From: Callorhinchus milii
Lineage: Eukaryota
Assembly (NCBI RefSeq): GCF_018977255.1
Contig: NW_024704760.1
Location: forward strand, 3,162,001-3,226,000
Direction of reading: 5' to 3'
DNA: 64,000 bases
In this document: in pieces, positions 13,359 to 24,238 of the stretch
Layout of the letters: each line of letters starts with the position of its first letter
Numbering within the stretch: position 1 is the first letter of the stretch
Translations under genes and position numbers: made by a program
Notes under the pieces: generated by a model
Seen by the model: only the letters and a program-made list of their open reading frames with translations
The model's database searches: none
Told to the model about the DNA's origin: nothing

Positions 13359-13636
13359 GAAACGAAATAGAAACGAAATTGAAATGTGGGTCAAGGGTAA
13401 GTTTCGACAGAGACAAGTGTCTGAATGTTTGTCAATGGGATATCCGGATGATTCAAAATATGTTGACGAAATCCAATCCTTTCCAGGGAAAAATTCCCCC
13501 CTGATCGTGAGGTAAGGGACAGGTAAGAGAGGAGAGAGAGAGAAAATTTCCATTGTGATCCCAAGAGGTGTTTGTGTATAAAGAGAGGACCAAACATTGA
13601 GTGATCAGTGTCAAGTGAAAGGAGACAGAGATACAG
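13359..13636 (+). promoter_or_regulatory. Promoter and short non-coding first exon of cytokine paralog A
   Basis: TATAAA 13577-13582; donor CAG|GTAAGT after 13636; acceptor TTTTGTAG ending 14458 just upstream of the ATG; GAAA array 13359-13384; TTCCAGGGAAAAATTCCCC 13481-13499. Confidence 0.65.
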
Positions 13637-14493
13637 GTAAGTCTCTCTCTCTCTGTGTGTGTGTGTCCTCTCTCTTCTTTCTGACTTGTTCTGGAAGGCA
13701 ATTTAAAGTATTTTGTTTCACATCGTGGTTTCTGATCAGCAAAAGGAAAGGCTTTTCACATGCGAATCGTTTTGCGACTGGTTTGGCAGACTTTCAGGGG
13801 TGATGGTGATGGTGAGAGGCAAACCAGTCAATCCCAGTCAACTGGGACTCTTCTGATCAGAGGCATCTCCTGATAGATGGGGTGAACCTGAGATCAATCA
13901 ATCAATCAATCAATCAATCACTCAATCAATACAATATTGTTTTATCAGTACAATATCATGTTTTAATATCGTGTATTTGTTGGGGTGGTGGGGGGGGAAG
14001 ACTATAGAATTAAGTGCACAGTGAAATGCAGGTGATTTGTGTTTAATATTAAGTAGAATGAAAAAAAAAGTATCTCTAAGACATATTACAATTCTTGGCT
14101 ATCTGTCATTGTTAGTGTGTTTATATATATGTGTGTGTGTGTGTGTGTATATGAATGTATTTAACATATAAAATAAAATATTGTCTATATTAAATATATA
14201 TATATAATTCTATATACTATGTAATTCGATGGCGATTCTAGTTCAGCAAATAACTCAACCAGATCATTTATAATGATAACTGAGGGTTTTTTTTACTCCA
14301 AATTTTACACTTATTCACTGTATTTGCACATAATTGGAGAGCTTGGGCTTTTTTTTTAAATAAAATGATAATATTCCTGTTTGCATGGTTCGACAGTTGT
14401 TTTTTTTCACTGGTCACGTATGTGACATTTGGCTGATTTATTCTCCCTTTTTTTGTAGTTTTGGTTTGGTTCGATTTGATTTGGAAGACAATA

Positions 14494-17188
14494 ATGATGA
14501 CTTTTGGTAGTTCGTTCATCCTGGTCGCAGTCTCGGTGCTTCTGGCTCAGCCCTTGGCTGCAGATTGCAGAATGTTACACGTTGGACAATGTTCATTCGT
14601 TGCCAATTTGCATGAAATCAGAGAATATTTCTCAGAAATCAGGAATGCAATAGTAAGTAAAACGCTTATCTATCTCTCTTTTGCGCTCTCTCTCTATACA
14701 TTTTTGTATAATTATCACAATTTCAACAAATTTCTAGGGGTGATGATATATATGTATATATATTTAAAAAGTTAAATATTGGGCGAAACCTTAGGCAAGT
14801 TTCCTTACTCCCCACGCCTCTGTTTACCCAGCAGTAAGTAGGTACCCCGTTGTTAGTCGATTGGCGGATCGCTTTCTGGGGATAATAATCCCTCTCCCCA
14901 AAATATATATACAAAAAAAATAATTTGGGCACTCAATTCATGTGGGACGCTGCTGTGCGCAATTGGCTGCCGCGTTTTGCCCACAAGATATACAGTCAAT
15001 TCCCTTTACAGTATACACTGGGAAGCACTTTGAGACTTCTCGATGACGTGATAAGGCGCTGTATCAAATGCAAGGATTATTATTATACTATATTGAAATA
15101 TGCAAAATAATTGTCTTCACAGCAAGCGGTAGATACCATCACTGACATGCGACTTCTGAACGATGCTACATTTAGGAGCATTCCGGTATGTTACAGCTTC
15201 TGCTTTTAGTTTTTATGTCAATGTTTCTTCATCTAAAGTGAAACGCTTCCCAAAGAAAACCCATGATTTGTTTCATTTATTTGGGAGTTCCTCTCTGTGC
15301 CCTGGCTGCCAAATTCCCCAAATAAAATTCACCTTGTGGCTGTTTTGTTGAACATGGATATGCACAATTTGGCTGCCACTTTGGTCTACAAAATATACAG
15401 TCACTTTACAGTAAATCCTGTGAAGAGCTTTGAGACGACATGAAAAGCGCTGTGTCACATGTAATTATTATTACTGTTATGATTATTACTATAGCCAGCT
15501 TGATTTTTCTATTTATTAACTGAAACGATTGATAAAATTCTTGATTGGCTTCTGAATCGGATTAAGGTCGGCCCCGCTGAAATATCCTTGAGTAACAAGG
15601 AGTTATTTAAGGATATTTCAGTTGATAAATAGAACCGAACGAAGGTCGAGATGTAAATGGCAAAGATCCGTTTGCTTTGCCAATTTTAGTTTCCTTCCCC
15701 TAACCAGAGTGTTTCCTCTCTCATTCATAGGCAGAGGAGAGCTGCTGCTTTCTGAACCATTTGTTGAGATTCTACGTGGAGAACGTGTTCAAACACTACA
15801 CCCCAACCAGCGACCTTATCAAGAGGAAGACGAGCAGCCTGGCTAACTCCTTCCTCAGCGTCAAGAGAGATCTTCGACAGTGTGTAAGTAACAAGACGTA
15901 TTTATGTTTCGAGAGAGAGATTCCAAGTTCATGGGAGAAGATGTTTGACAAACCGATGGAGTTACTGGTCCCACTAATTGAATCTGGAGAAATCCAGTGT
16001 TAGTTATTGCAATATCTAAATGGCAGATCCAATACTTTAATGTGCCGATTGATACCGGCTGATGGTATCACTCCTTAATCAAGTGTAATATTGGATCACT
16101 GCTCTGTGCGCAACTGACTGTCGTGTTTCACCCACAAAAAATATAATAAGTTCACTTTACAGTATATCCTGTGGAGTGCTTTGAGACGTCTCAACAATGC
16201 GATAAGCAGCTTATCAAATGCAACGATTATTATTTCCAATATGGCCAATTTTCTGGTTGTATTTGGCTGTAATCATCTTATATTAAATGTCATTATTTAG
16301 ATGCTTGACTTATGTTGTACTAGAAGTATTCTTCTGTGTTGGTAGATGTAGTAATGATGAGTGGGTTTGCATTGCCTTATTAATGACTACTCATGCGATT
16401 AGAGTGGCTCATTGATCAAACACCACAACCCGCAGGATTTTCTCTCATCACAATGTTCTGTCTTAAACAGCATGCCCAGAGGAAGTGCAACTGCGGGGAA
16501 CAATCCAGAGCTCAGATAAAGAAGATCCAGAACGCATTTGAAATGGTATGTTGGAGACTCGTGTAGAGAAGATAATGTTCAGTTTGCGAGGTGTAGCACA
16601 AAATCTTCCTGAAGCTTAGACTCAGGTTTGCTGCCTCACATTGACCATAATTATCTCTGCCATGTTACTGCACTTTTGGCCAGGCATCTGGCTGGTTCAG
16701 TTGGAGGTTGTGGGTTCAAGCCCACCTCGGGACTTTGAGCCCACGGGCTGACATGCCAACACAGCACCGGGGATAGAGATGGAATGTCGGAGGTCCCTTC
16801 ATTTAGAGGAACCTTTAAACTTGGGGTCTGTTCAGGTTGATGTTGAAAGTCCCATAACATTACTGAGAAATGGAAGAGAGTTTCGCCCGGTGTCCTGGCC
16901 AACAGCCCCTCCGATAAATTTGGCCAAGCACGTCATGGCTGTTTGCAGGACGTTGCTGTGTTCGCCTACAAATACCCAGTTACTACACCTTACAATGAAA
17001 ACCCGCAAAGCACTTTGAGATGTTTTGACGATGTGATAAGGAGTTACATCAAATCAAAAGATTACTGATGATTTGCTCATTGATAAATCTCTGTTTTCCT
17101 TCAGCTGGATCAAAGGGCGGCTACTGTCAAAGCTTACAGCGAAGTGGACATCCTTATACGTTGGATGCACGGATTTCAAAGGAACTGA
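14494..17188 (+). CDS. IL-10-family cytokine, IL-19/IL-20-like paralog A, 177 aa; coding exons 14494-14652, 15123-15185, 15731-15883, 16471-16545, 17105-17188
   Basis: Five coding exons joined by phase-0 GT-AG introns, the typical IL-10-family layout. Signal peptide [23 protein letters not shown]; IL-19/20 cysteine pattern (GQC, SCC, RQC, KCNC); [16 protein letters not shown]; [14 protein letters not shown]; C-terminal family motif [15 protein letters not shown]19 versus IL20 orthology cannot be resolved by eye. Confidence 0.92.
14780..15088 (+). mobile_element. SINE, older subfamily, in an intron of cytokine A
   Basis: GGCGAAACCTTAGGCAAGTTTCCTTACTCC...CAAATGCAAGGATTATT. Confidence 0.8.
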
Positions 17189-18090
17189 GCATCACCTCTC
17201 AGGGCTGAGCGAGAAGAACAAAGGAAAGCTGAGACGCTGAGAATTGTTTTTGAAAAAAAAAGGCTTTATTTCATAGTTGAATTATTATTGTAAGTTATTA
17301 TATTTATTCTTAATTTAATGCATTAGTTACATTTTGAATTTTGTTTCTTTCTGCCCTCTTCTGTATAACTTGTTATAACCTGCCTTCATTATAAAACTCT
17401 CAGTTATTGTCGCTACAGTACTTTTCATGCTATCAGATTGTTATAAGGTAATCACCACTTGGTATCTGAGAGCTAGTTATATTGAAGGTAGTGCTTATTG
17501 CAGTATTAATTAAGGAATCAACTTCCATTTTGTTGTATTTTAAACATGACATTAGTATTTATGTTTTGCTCATGAAACACGCAGTCACTACACTTTACAG
17601 CGTGTCCCGTGAAGCGCATGGAGATATTCTCCTCAAAGGGGAAAAGGCGCTATACCGAATGCAAGGATTATTATTGTCGTTGTTATTATTTATTATTATT
17701 ATTTATATTTTACTGAAGGCATTTGGAATTAATTTCATGAGACAGTGTTCAAAACTCGAATTTCATGCATGTGTGTGAAAAGGAAGTCTAGTAGGTACAT
17801 ATTGTACAGCTAATTGTTTAGAAGTCGGACTTATTAAAGCAGATTTTTATCGGCATAACAGCGTTTTTTAAATATTTATATGATTTTCATAAATTATTTT
17901 TATCCATTTATTTAAATAATATTATGAATTTATAATGGATTTAATACGTTTTATTTAAAAAGGAAATGTTTTTGATATGTCTTATTTCAAGAGGAAAGGA
18001 AAACATGCTAATTATTCATTGTTGAACTGTGCCTTTGGCAAATATATGTACACTGACGAATCACATGATAATTGAACGCTGACAAATAAA
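17189..18090 (+). promoter_or_regulatory. AU-rich 3' UTR of paralog A with poly(A) signal
   Basis: Many ATTTA motifs (about 17300-17320, 17690-17710, 17870-17960); AATAAA 18085-18090 followed by a GT/T-rich tract. Confidence 0.6.
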
Positions 18091-18854
18091 GTTGTATCAA
18101 AAAGAATTTTGTGTTGTTTCTGGTAAATGGCTCCAGTATGTAATAAACCAGTCAATCCAGTCACACGGTGCTGCATACCACGGTCGACTTATCCTACAAT
18201 AATACGTGCCATGGGAAATAGAGGAAAGAATAGTGAGCAGAAAAAGTAAAATAAAACATAAATCGCTGGGCAAAGAACGATCAATTTAAACAGAATGAAC
18301 AGTGAAAGAAAAAGTAAATGAAGAGAACGAGAGAACAGAAGAGATCGAGAGAGAGAGAGAGAGATGAGAATGAGAAAGAAAAAAATTAAAGTAGAAAACT
18401 ACCGACCAGGAGAATAAAATATGATTTTAAAGAAATACATAACAACAAATGACATTTGTCCAGTGCCTTTCAAGTCGGGAGGACGTCCCAAGACGCTGAA
18501 ATAAATTGGAATACGGACTTCTCAAGTGTCTACAATTAGAGCATGACGAAACATGAAAAATGATCATTTATTGTAAGATTTCACGCTGCAGCAGATAAAT
18601 TATCGGCAACCACTTTCACTTCTGGTCAACGGTAGCAGACGTTTCGGAACAAGTTCTTCCTAACCCTTCCTGGAAATGCACTTGTATGAACATTCCCAAA
18701 AGTAGGGAAACGCCCTCAGTCTTTTGTGCGCTCTGATGTAAGCTCTCCCTAATATGGTATTAAGTACTTTCTCTCAATACATTCAATCAAGTTAAAGTTC
18801 TTCTGGAGAAAGTCCACCTGGGTTTAGATTTATTTATTTTTGCTTATTTTCAGA

Positions 18855-19450
18855 GGGGAGACGAGGAGAAATTATTTTACCCGGAGAGTTGTTATGATCT
18901 GGAGTGCATTGCCTGAAAGGGTGGTGAAAGCAGATTCGATAGTTGCTCTCAAAAGGGAATTGGATCTTTAATAATAATAATAATAATAATCCTTGCATTT
19001 GATATGCTCTTTTCACGTCGGGAGGACGTCCCAAAGCGCTTCACAGAACACACTGTAAAGTGAATTGACTGTATATTTGTGGGCGAACACAGCAGCCAAT
19101 TGCGCACAGCGACGTCCCACAAACAGTCGTAGATTGAAAATGACCAATTTATTATCGTTTTTGGTTTTGGAGGGATTATTATTAGGCTCTGTGTGGAGTA
19201 GGGAAACTTGCCCAAGGTTTGGCCCTGACCTGCCTGGGATTGAACTCAGGTCTCTCACTTGCAAAGCGAGTGCTCTAACCACTGAGCTACAGGACTCCAC
19301 GTCAAGGACTTTACTTGAAAAGGGAAAATTTGCAGGGCTATGGGGGCAAGAGCGGGGGGAGTGGGACTGGTTGGATGGCTCTTTCAACGAGCCAGCACAG
19401 GCACGATGGGCCGAATGACCTCCTTCTGTGGTGTAAGATTCCATGATCCT
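18855..19450 (+). mobile_element. CR1-type LINE 3' fragment interrupted by a SINE
   Basis: TGGAGTGCATTGCCTGAAAGGGTGGTG...AAAAGGGAATTGGAT, then the SINE, then CTTGAAAAGGG...GGGCCGAATGACCTCCTTCTGTG. Uninterrupted homologue at 51155-51343 (-); another at 53850-53975 (+). Confidence 0.7.
18971..19300 (-). mobile_element. Full-length young tRNA-derived SINE
   Basis: Head GGAGTCCTGTAGCTCAGTGGTTAGAGC (A box), GTTCAATCC (B box); tail AAATGCAAGG(ATT)n; near-identical to three other copies in the window. Confidence 0.9.
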
Positions 19451-22400
19451 ACACTTGATTTTCTCAGCATTTCAGAATATCTAGAATTTGGCGAAAATTT
19501 TCCGTAAGTTCTTTTGAGATCTATGGAAAAAAAATGGCTTCAAAGTTAAGGCCAGGCTTGTCAAATTCTGTACTTACTGAAATACGTTAAAAAAAAACAG
19601 CAAATCTGGACGAAGGTTGAATTTCTCTCCCGAAGTGTCAGAAGATTGGTTTTGAGGATGCTGATATACCAGAAGTTTTGCCCACAAAATATACAGTCAA
19701 TTCACTTTATGGTATATTCTGTAGGCACTTTGAGACGTCTCGAAGACGTGATAATGCGCTCTTTCAAATGCAAGAATTATTATTATTTGACACATTTCCA
19801 CCCGAGGCCAAAGTGTGTGCCCCCAGAGGATCGAATTCAAGATCCTCATCCTCACCTACAAGGCCATTCACGGCCTCGCTCCCTCCTACCTCTCCGACCT
19901 ACTGGGCGCTCTATAAATGCAATCTTGTTGCTGTTGTTGTTGTTGTTCTCTAAATTGTACTTGATGAATCATTGTGATTCTGTCGGTTTTAAAGGGGACA
20001 CTTCTTGCTGATAAAAATTCTCCATGACAATTTTTTGGGGGACAGCCGGGAGTCTGACACAAAGAAACCCATGACCGTGCTTAAGAGTAGCCAAACCAAG
20101 CTGAGAATTCCATGAATCCCACCTACATTTGGGAATCCCAGAGAGATTGTTGGAATGGAATGCGCTCTCTCTCTCTCTCCCTGGAGGGATGCATCCTTCT
20201 TACTTAATTCTGGACAGTATTAAGCGCAGGTTGGAAAGAGCCAAGGTTTGGGGACCCTCGAGAATGCATTGGGGTAACTGCTGGAGCTTAATCATCTAAA
20301 ACCACAGAGCTTTCCGTTGATATCGCTGTCTGGCAAGCTTTCCCACTGTTTATGCAGCTAGGAACACCCTACCCATTAGGGCTTTGCAAGGATGACAGGT
20401 GCTGAGTGGGATGACTAACTGCCAGAGCGACTGGTCTGCCCTTCCAGGTCCTGCCGAAGAACCAGGCTGAGCTGTTCTGTCACCAGCAGTGCCCTGAGAT
20501 ACTGCAGTTGAAGCTGGGAAGTGCAACTCAATGCGTGAACTCGCTTCTGGTTCCAGGCAGAAGGTGCTGGTCGTTAGAGGAAGAATAAACGATTACGGTT
20601 GGTGGTAGAACATGTTGGTTCGAATTAGACGTTGGAAAATGTTGGCTCATTTCAAAGAGTAAAACACTTACTGTTAATAGATTGTGCAACACAGATTTGC
20701 TTAAAGACACACCTGTCAAGGTGAGGGAAGGAAACGGAAATCACACATTTAGTTGACAGTGTCGAAAGAAGCAGCTGACTGCTGATGCAAACCCACAGCC
20801 ACAGTCACATGTGTATTTCTGATTCATATCGCCCTTTGCCACTAAATTTTCCACTATACCTATTGTCCTCCGGTTCTGTTATTGTGTAAAAGCTTTTTCA
20901 CATCATTGCTGAAAATCCCCTGTCTTTGAAATCAGATAATTTCACGAGCGTTATTTTCCTTACTCTGATTCCTGTCGGTATTGATGAGGAAATATGATGG
21001 GGGAAAAAACATAAGAGAGGATGCTTAGCTGTTAAACAACAGAAAATGTAACTATAATTATTAATATTACTATTATTATTAACCTCTCGTCCCTTGGAGG
21101 GTGCTAAATAATAATAAATGGGGTTGGGGGTGGGGGGTGGATGTGTATGGGAGTGTGGGAGATCTCCTTGGAAATGTAAGTTCCCTAAGCCCAGTAGGAA
21201 CCCGCTTCTTAGTCAATTTGGCAGATCGCTTTCCGGGGGTAATAATCCATTCAAAAATAAATATAAAAATACAAATAACAATAATAATTTGGTCACTCAA
21301 TCCAAGACTGTTTGTGGGACGCTGCTGTGCGCAATTGGCTGCCGTATTTTGGCCACAAAATATACAGTCAATTTACTTTACACTATATTCTGTGAAGCGC
21401 ATTGAGTCGCCTCAATGATGTAACCAGGCGCTATTTCAAATGCAAGGATTATTATTATTATTATTAGTAGTAGTAGTAGTAAATGAGCTCGATCCAAGCT
21501 TGACAACCGAATGTCGGAATCCAAGTCTGCAGTCTGTGGTGGTCTCGGCGGTCCCGGTTTCTGAACCAGGGCGGGTCGGTAGTATTCCAGGGCACTGCTG
21601 ATGACAGCTCAGCCCAAAAATCATTTTACAGTAAAATGTTATTTCAAAGATAATCTTTCGCAATAATACCACTTTGAAAGAATTATCCCCTTCTCGTCAG
21701 TAGCTGATGAAATCACCCGGGAAGTTTAATCGAATTTAGTTTATTTTCGTGTTGATTCCATTTCAGCGTTCACCGGAATATTGCAGATGACCCGAAACCA
21801 TAATAGGGGTTGTGTGTGTGTGGGTGGGGAGAGGGGGAGGGAGGAAGAGATTCCATAGCATTTTATACAGAAAAGAGAAAATTGCGTAAAAAAGAAGTAT
21901 ACAGTGATTCTGAAAACAAGGAAACAAAGTGGTTTTTTTTTAATGCCTGCATTGTTTTTGGTAAATACCGGAATTTACCCATTTTAAATTAATTCCTACT
22001 TTTAAACAAAAATGTTATTTCAGTCATTGGGCAGACTTGGTCATTCAAGCAAATGAAACACATGGCAATTTACACAAAAAGTAAGATTAAAAAATAAATA
22101 ATAAAAATAATAATCCCTGCATTTGATTTCACGCCTTATCACGTCGTTGAGAGGTCTCAAAGCACTTCACAGGATATACTGTAAGGTAAAATAACAGTGT
22201 ATTTTGGGGGGAAATCCTCTCATTGATTCACTTTTTTAAAAAAACTTGTAATATTTCATGCTCTCAAGCAAAAGGGCAAAGCGATACATTTGGATAGGTT
22301 GGAGTTTGGTTTGTCGGAGGGATTATTTTCTAATTGCATTCCTTCTTCTGTTGCTTTGAGTAAAGTCCCTGTAAAACCCTGTAAGACGCACGTTGGAATG

Positions 22401-22659
22401 ACCCAGACAGAGACAACAACGAACCACTCACTGCGACTAAGAATGCGCTATAGCATTACGCATCGCGTGCACTCAGCCAGAACTCCCCACACAAATGCAG
22501 TCGCTCGCCACTGTTATCTCTCCAAACACAACAGGGCACAAACTGACGCACCTGACGCACCTCACAGCAATTAAAAGTGCTAAGAATTTTCATTTAAAAA
22601 TAGATTTCAGCAAGGTACCTTCCACATCTGCATGGAGCAGATCGACATTGTGGGCGTTG

Positions 22660-22695
<36 letters not shown>

Positions 22696-23429
22696 GTTAT
22701 TATTACCAATCTTGAGAGCAAAGTTGCAATCAATTCACTTTTTGGTGATTCCTTCATTGTTACATTCTCAGCTGTTTCAGGCCATTGAAATTAAGACGCT
22801 GTCACCAATCAAACCATCTCCAGTCCACCTCAAAAAATAATACTGAGGCATATTTGGGGAATTTCTAAGCAAAGTAACCCAATTAGGATATAAAGGCTGC
22901 AATTGCATTTTGAGCTCAGTTGTTATTTTCTTATCCAGCGAATAAAAACAAAGCAGAAATATTTCAGGGTGATAGCAATTGAAAGATTTCCACTGGAAGC
23001 GATGCAGAAAGCATATTATTCCTGTTTCTTTTTTTTAAAAACAAATAGGTCAAACTTCCTCACGCACAAAAAGGGACTTTAAAAACATTCACTGCTGAAA
23101 TAATCGCTGGCTTTAAACAATCCCAAAACTTTAATTCTACATAGTTTCAAAATATTGTCTCATATTAAAATAAAACGACCGCACAAAAAAAACGCACGCG
23201 AGCAATTTTAATAAGGAACCCGATTTCAAGACGCAGGAACAGGTTGGTGCTCGAGGAAAATATAATTTGTCAATCAAGGGGAAAGTGGAAGAAAGTGTTT
23301 GGGAAGGGAGTTTTTAGTGAGCGAGAGGAATTTGGTAATCATATCGAGGTGCTTGGCAAAACGCAGACAGATACAGTAAAAAATATTTCATCATCACTTT
23401 ATACTTGTTAGAGTTTGTCAGTGCTGCAA

Positions 23430-23618
23430 TTGGGATTATGTAAATTAAGCATGAAATCAAATCTCGCCCAAGGAAGTTTATTTTTTAAACCAGGGGTGAG
23501 ATCCGGGTAAATTTCCCCTGTGCAGGTGTATATAAAAAGAAGACAAGCACTGGCATGGATCAGAGCATCAGAAGCAGAAGAGAGAGACACAGAGAGAAAA
23601 GACAGCTCTAACTCACAG
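23430..23618 (+). promoter_or_regulatory. Promoter and non-coding first exon of cytokine paralog B
   Basis: TATATAAA 23529-23536; kB-like GGGTAAATTTCCCC 23505-23518; TTATGTAA 23436-23443; donor CAG|GTAAAA after 23618; acceptor TTGCAG ending 24209. Confidence 0.65.
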
Positions 23619-24238
23619 GTAAAATGCTCTCCATTCCTTGCTATTTATTGCCTCAGATTGCCAGTGTTGAATGTAACAGTATGGGTTATAACAGCAGGTT
23701 TAAACTATTCCAATATTTTGAGTTAAGTGTAAATATACATTGTCTCTGTAATCAAATATAGATTTTTGTTTAATATATAAGAAAAGTATTCTAAAAGTAT
23801 ATAACAGGTTGTTATATCTTATTAATTATTTATTGTCACAGAAAGTGTGCCTGAATGTAACCATCTCTCTCAAAATAATGTTGTAATTAATATTCTTTTT
23901 GGACACGTAGGAATTGGCAGCTGTGTTGCATGCAAAATACACAGTCACTACACTTATACAGCATCTCCTGTGAAATGTTTTGAGACGTCTTCCTCATTAT
24001 GATAACAATTATAATCTTTGCGGTTGATATGGCGCCTTATCACGTCATTGAGACGTCTCAAAGCGCTTCACAGACTATATTGTAAAGTGGATTGACTGTG
24101 CTAACGTTAAAGGCTTTATATCAAATGCAATGGGGGGAAAAAATACGGGTTTGGCAATCCGATTAAATATTTGATATCTAAATATATATATATAATTTTT
24201 TTATTGCAGGTTTTGTTCAGAATCTGCCCTTTGCCACA

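Noticed and set aside
14566-14568. Seventh cysteine (Cys25) in cytokine A as a possible dimerisation residue
   Set aside because: A-D-C fits the -3/-1 signal peptidase rule, matching A-Q-S in paralog B, so it is probably removed with the signal peptide; SignalP would decide.
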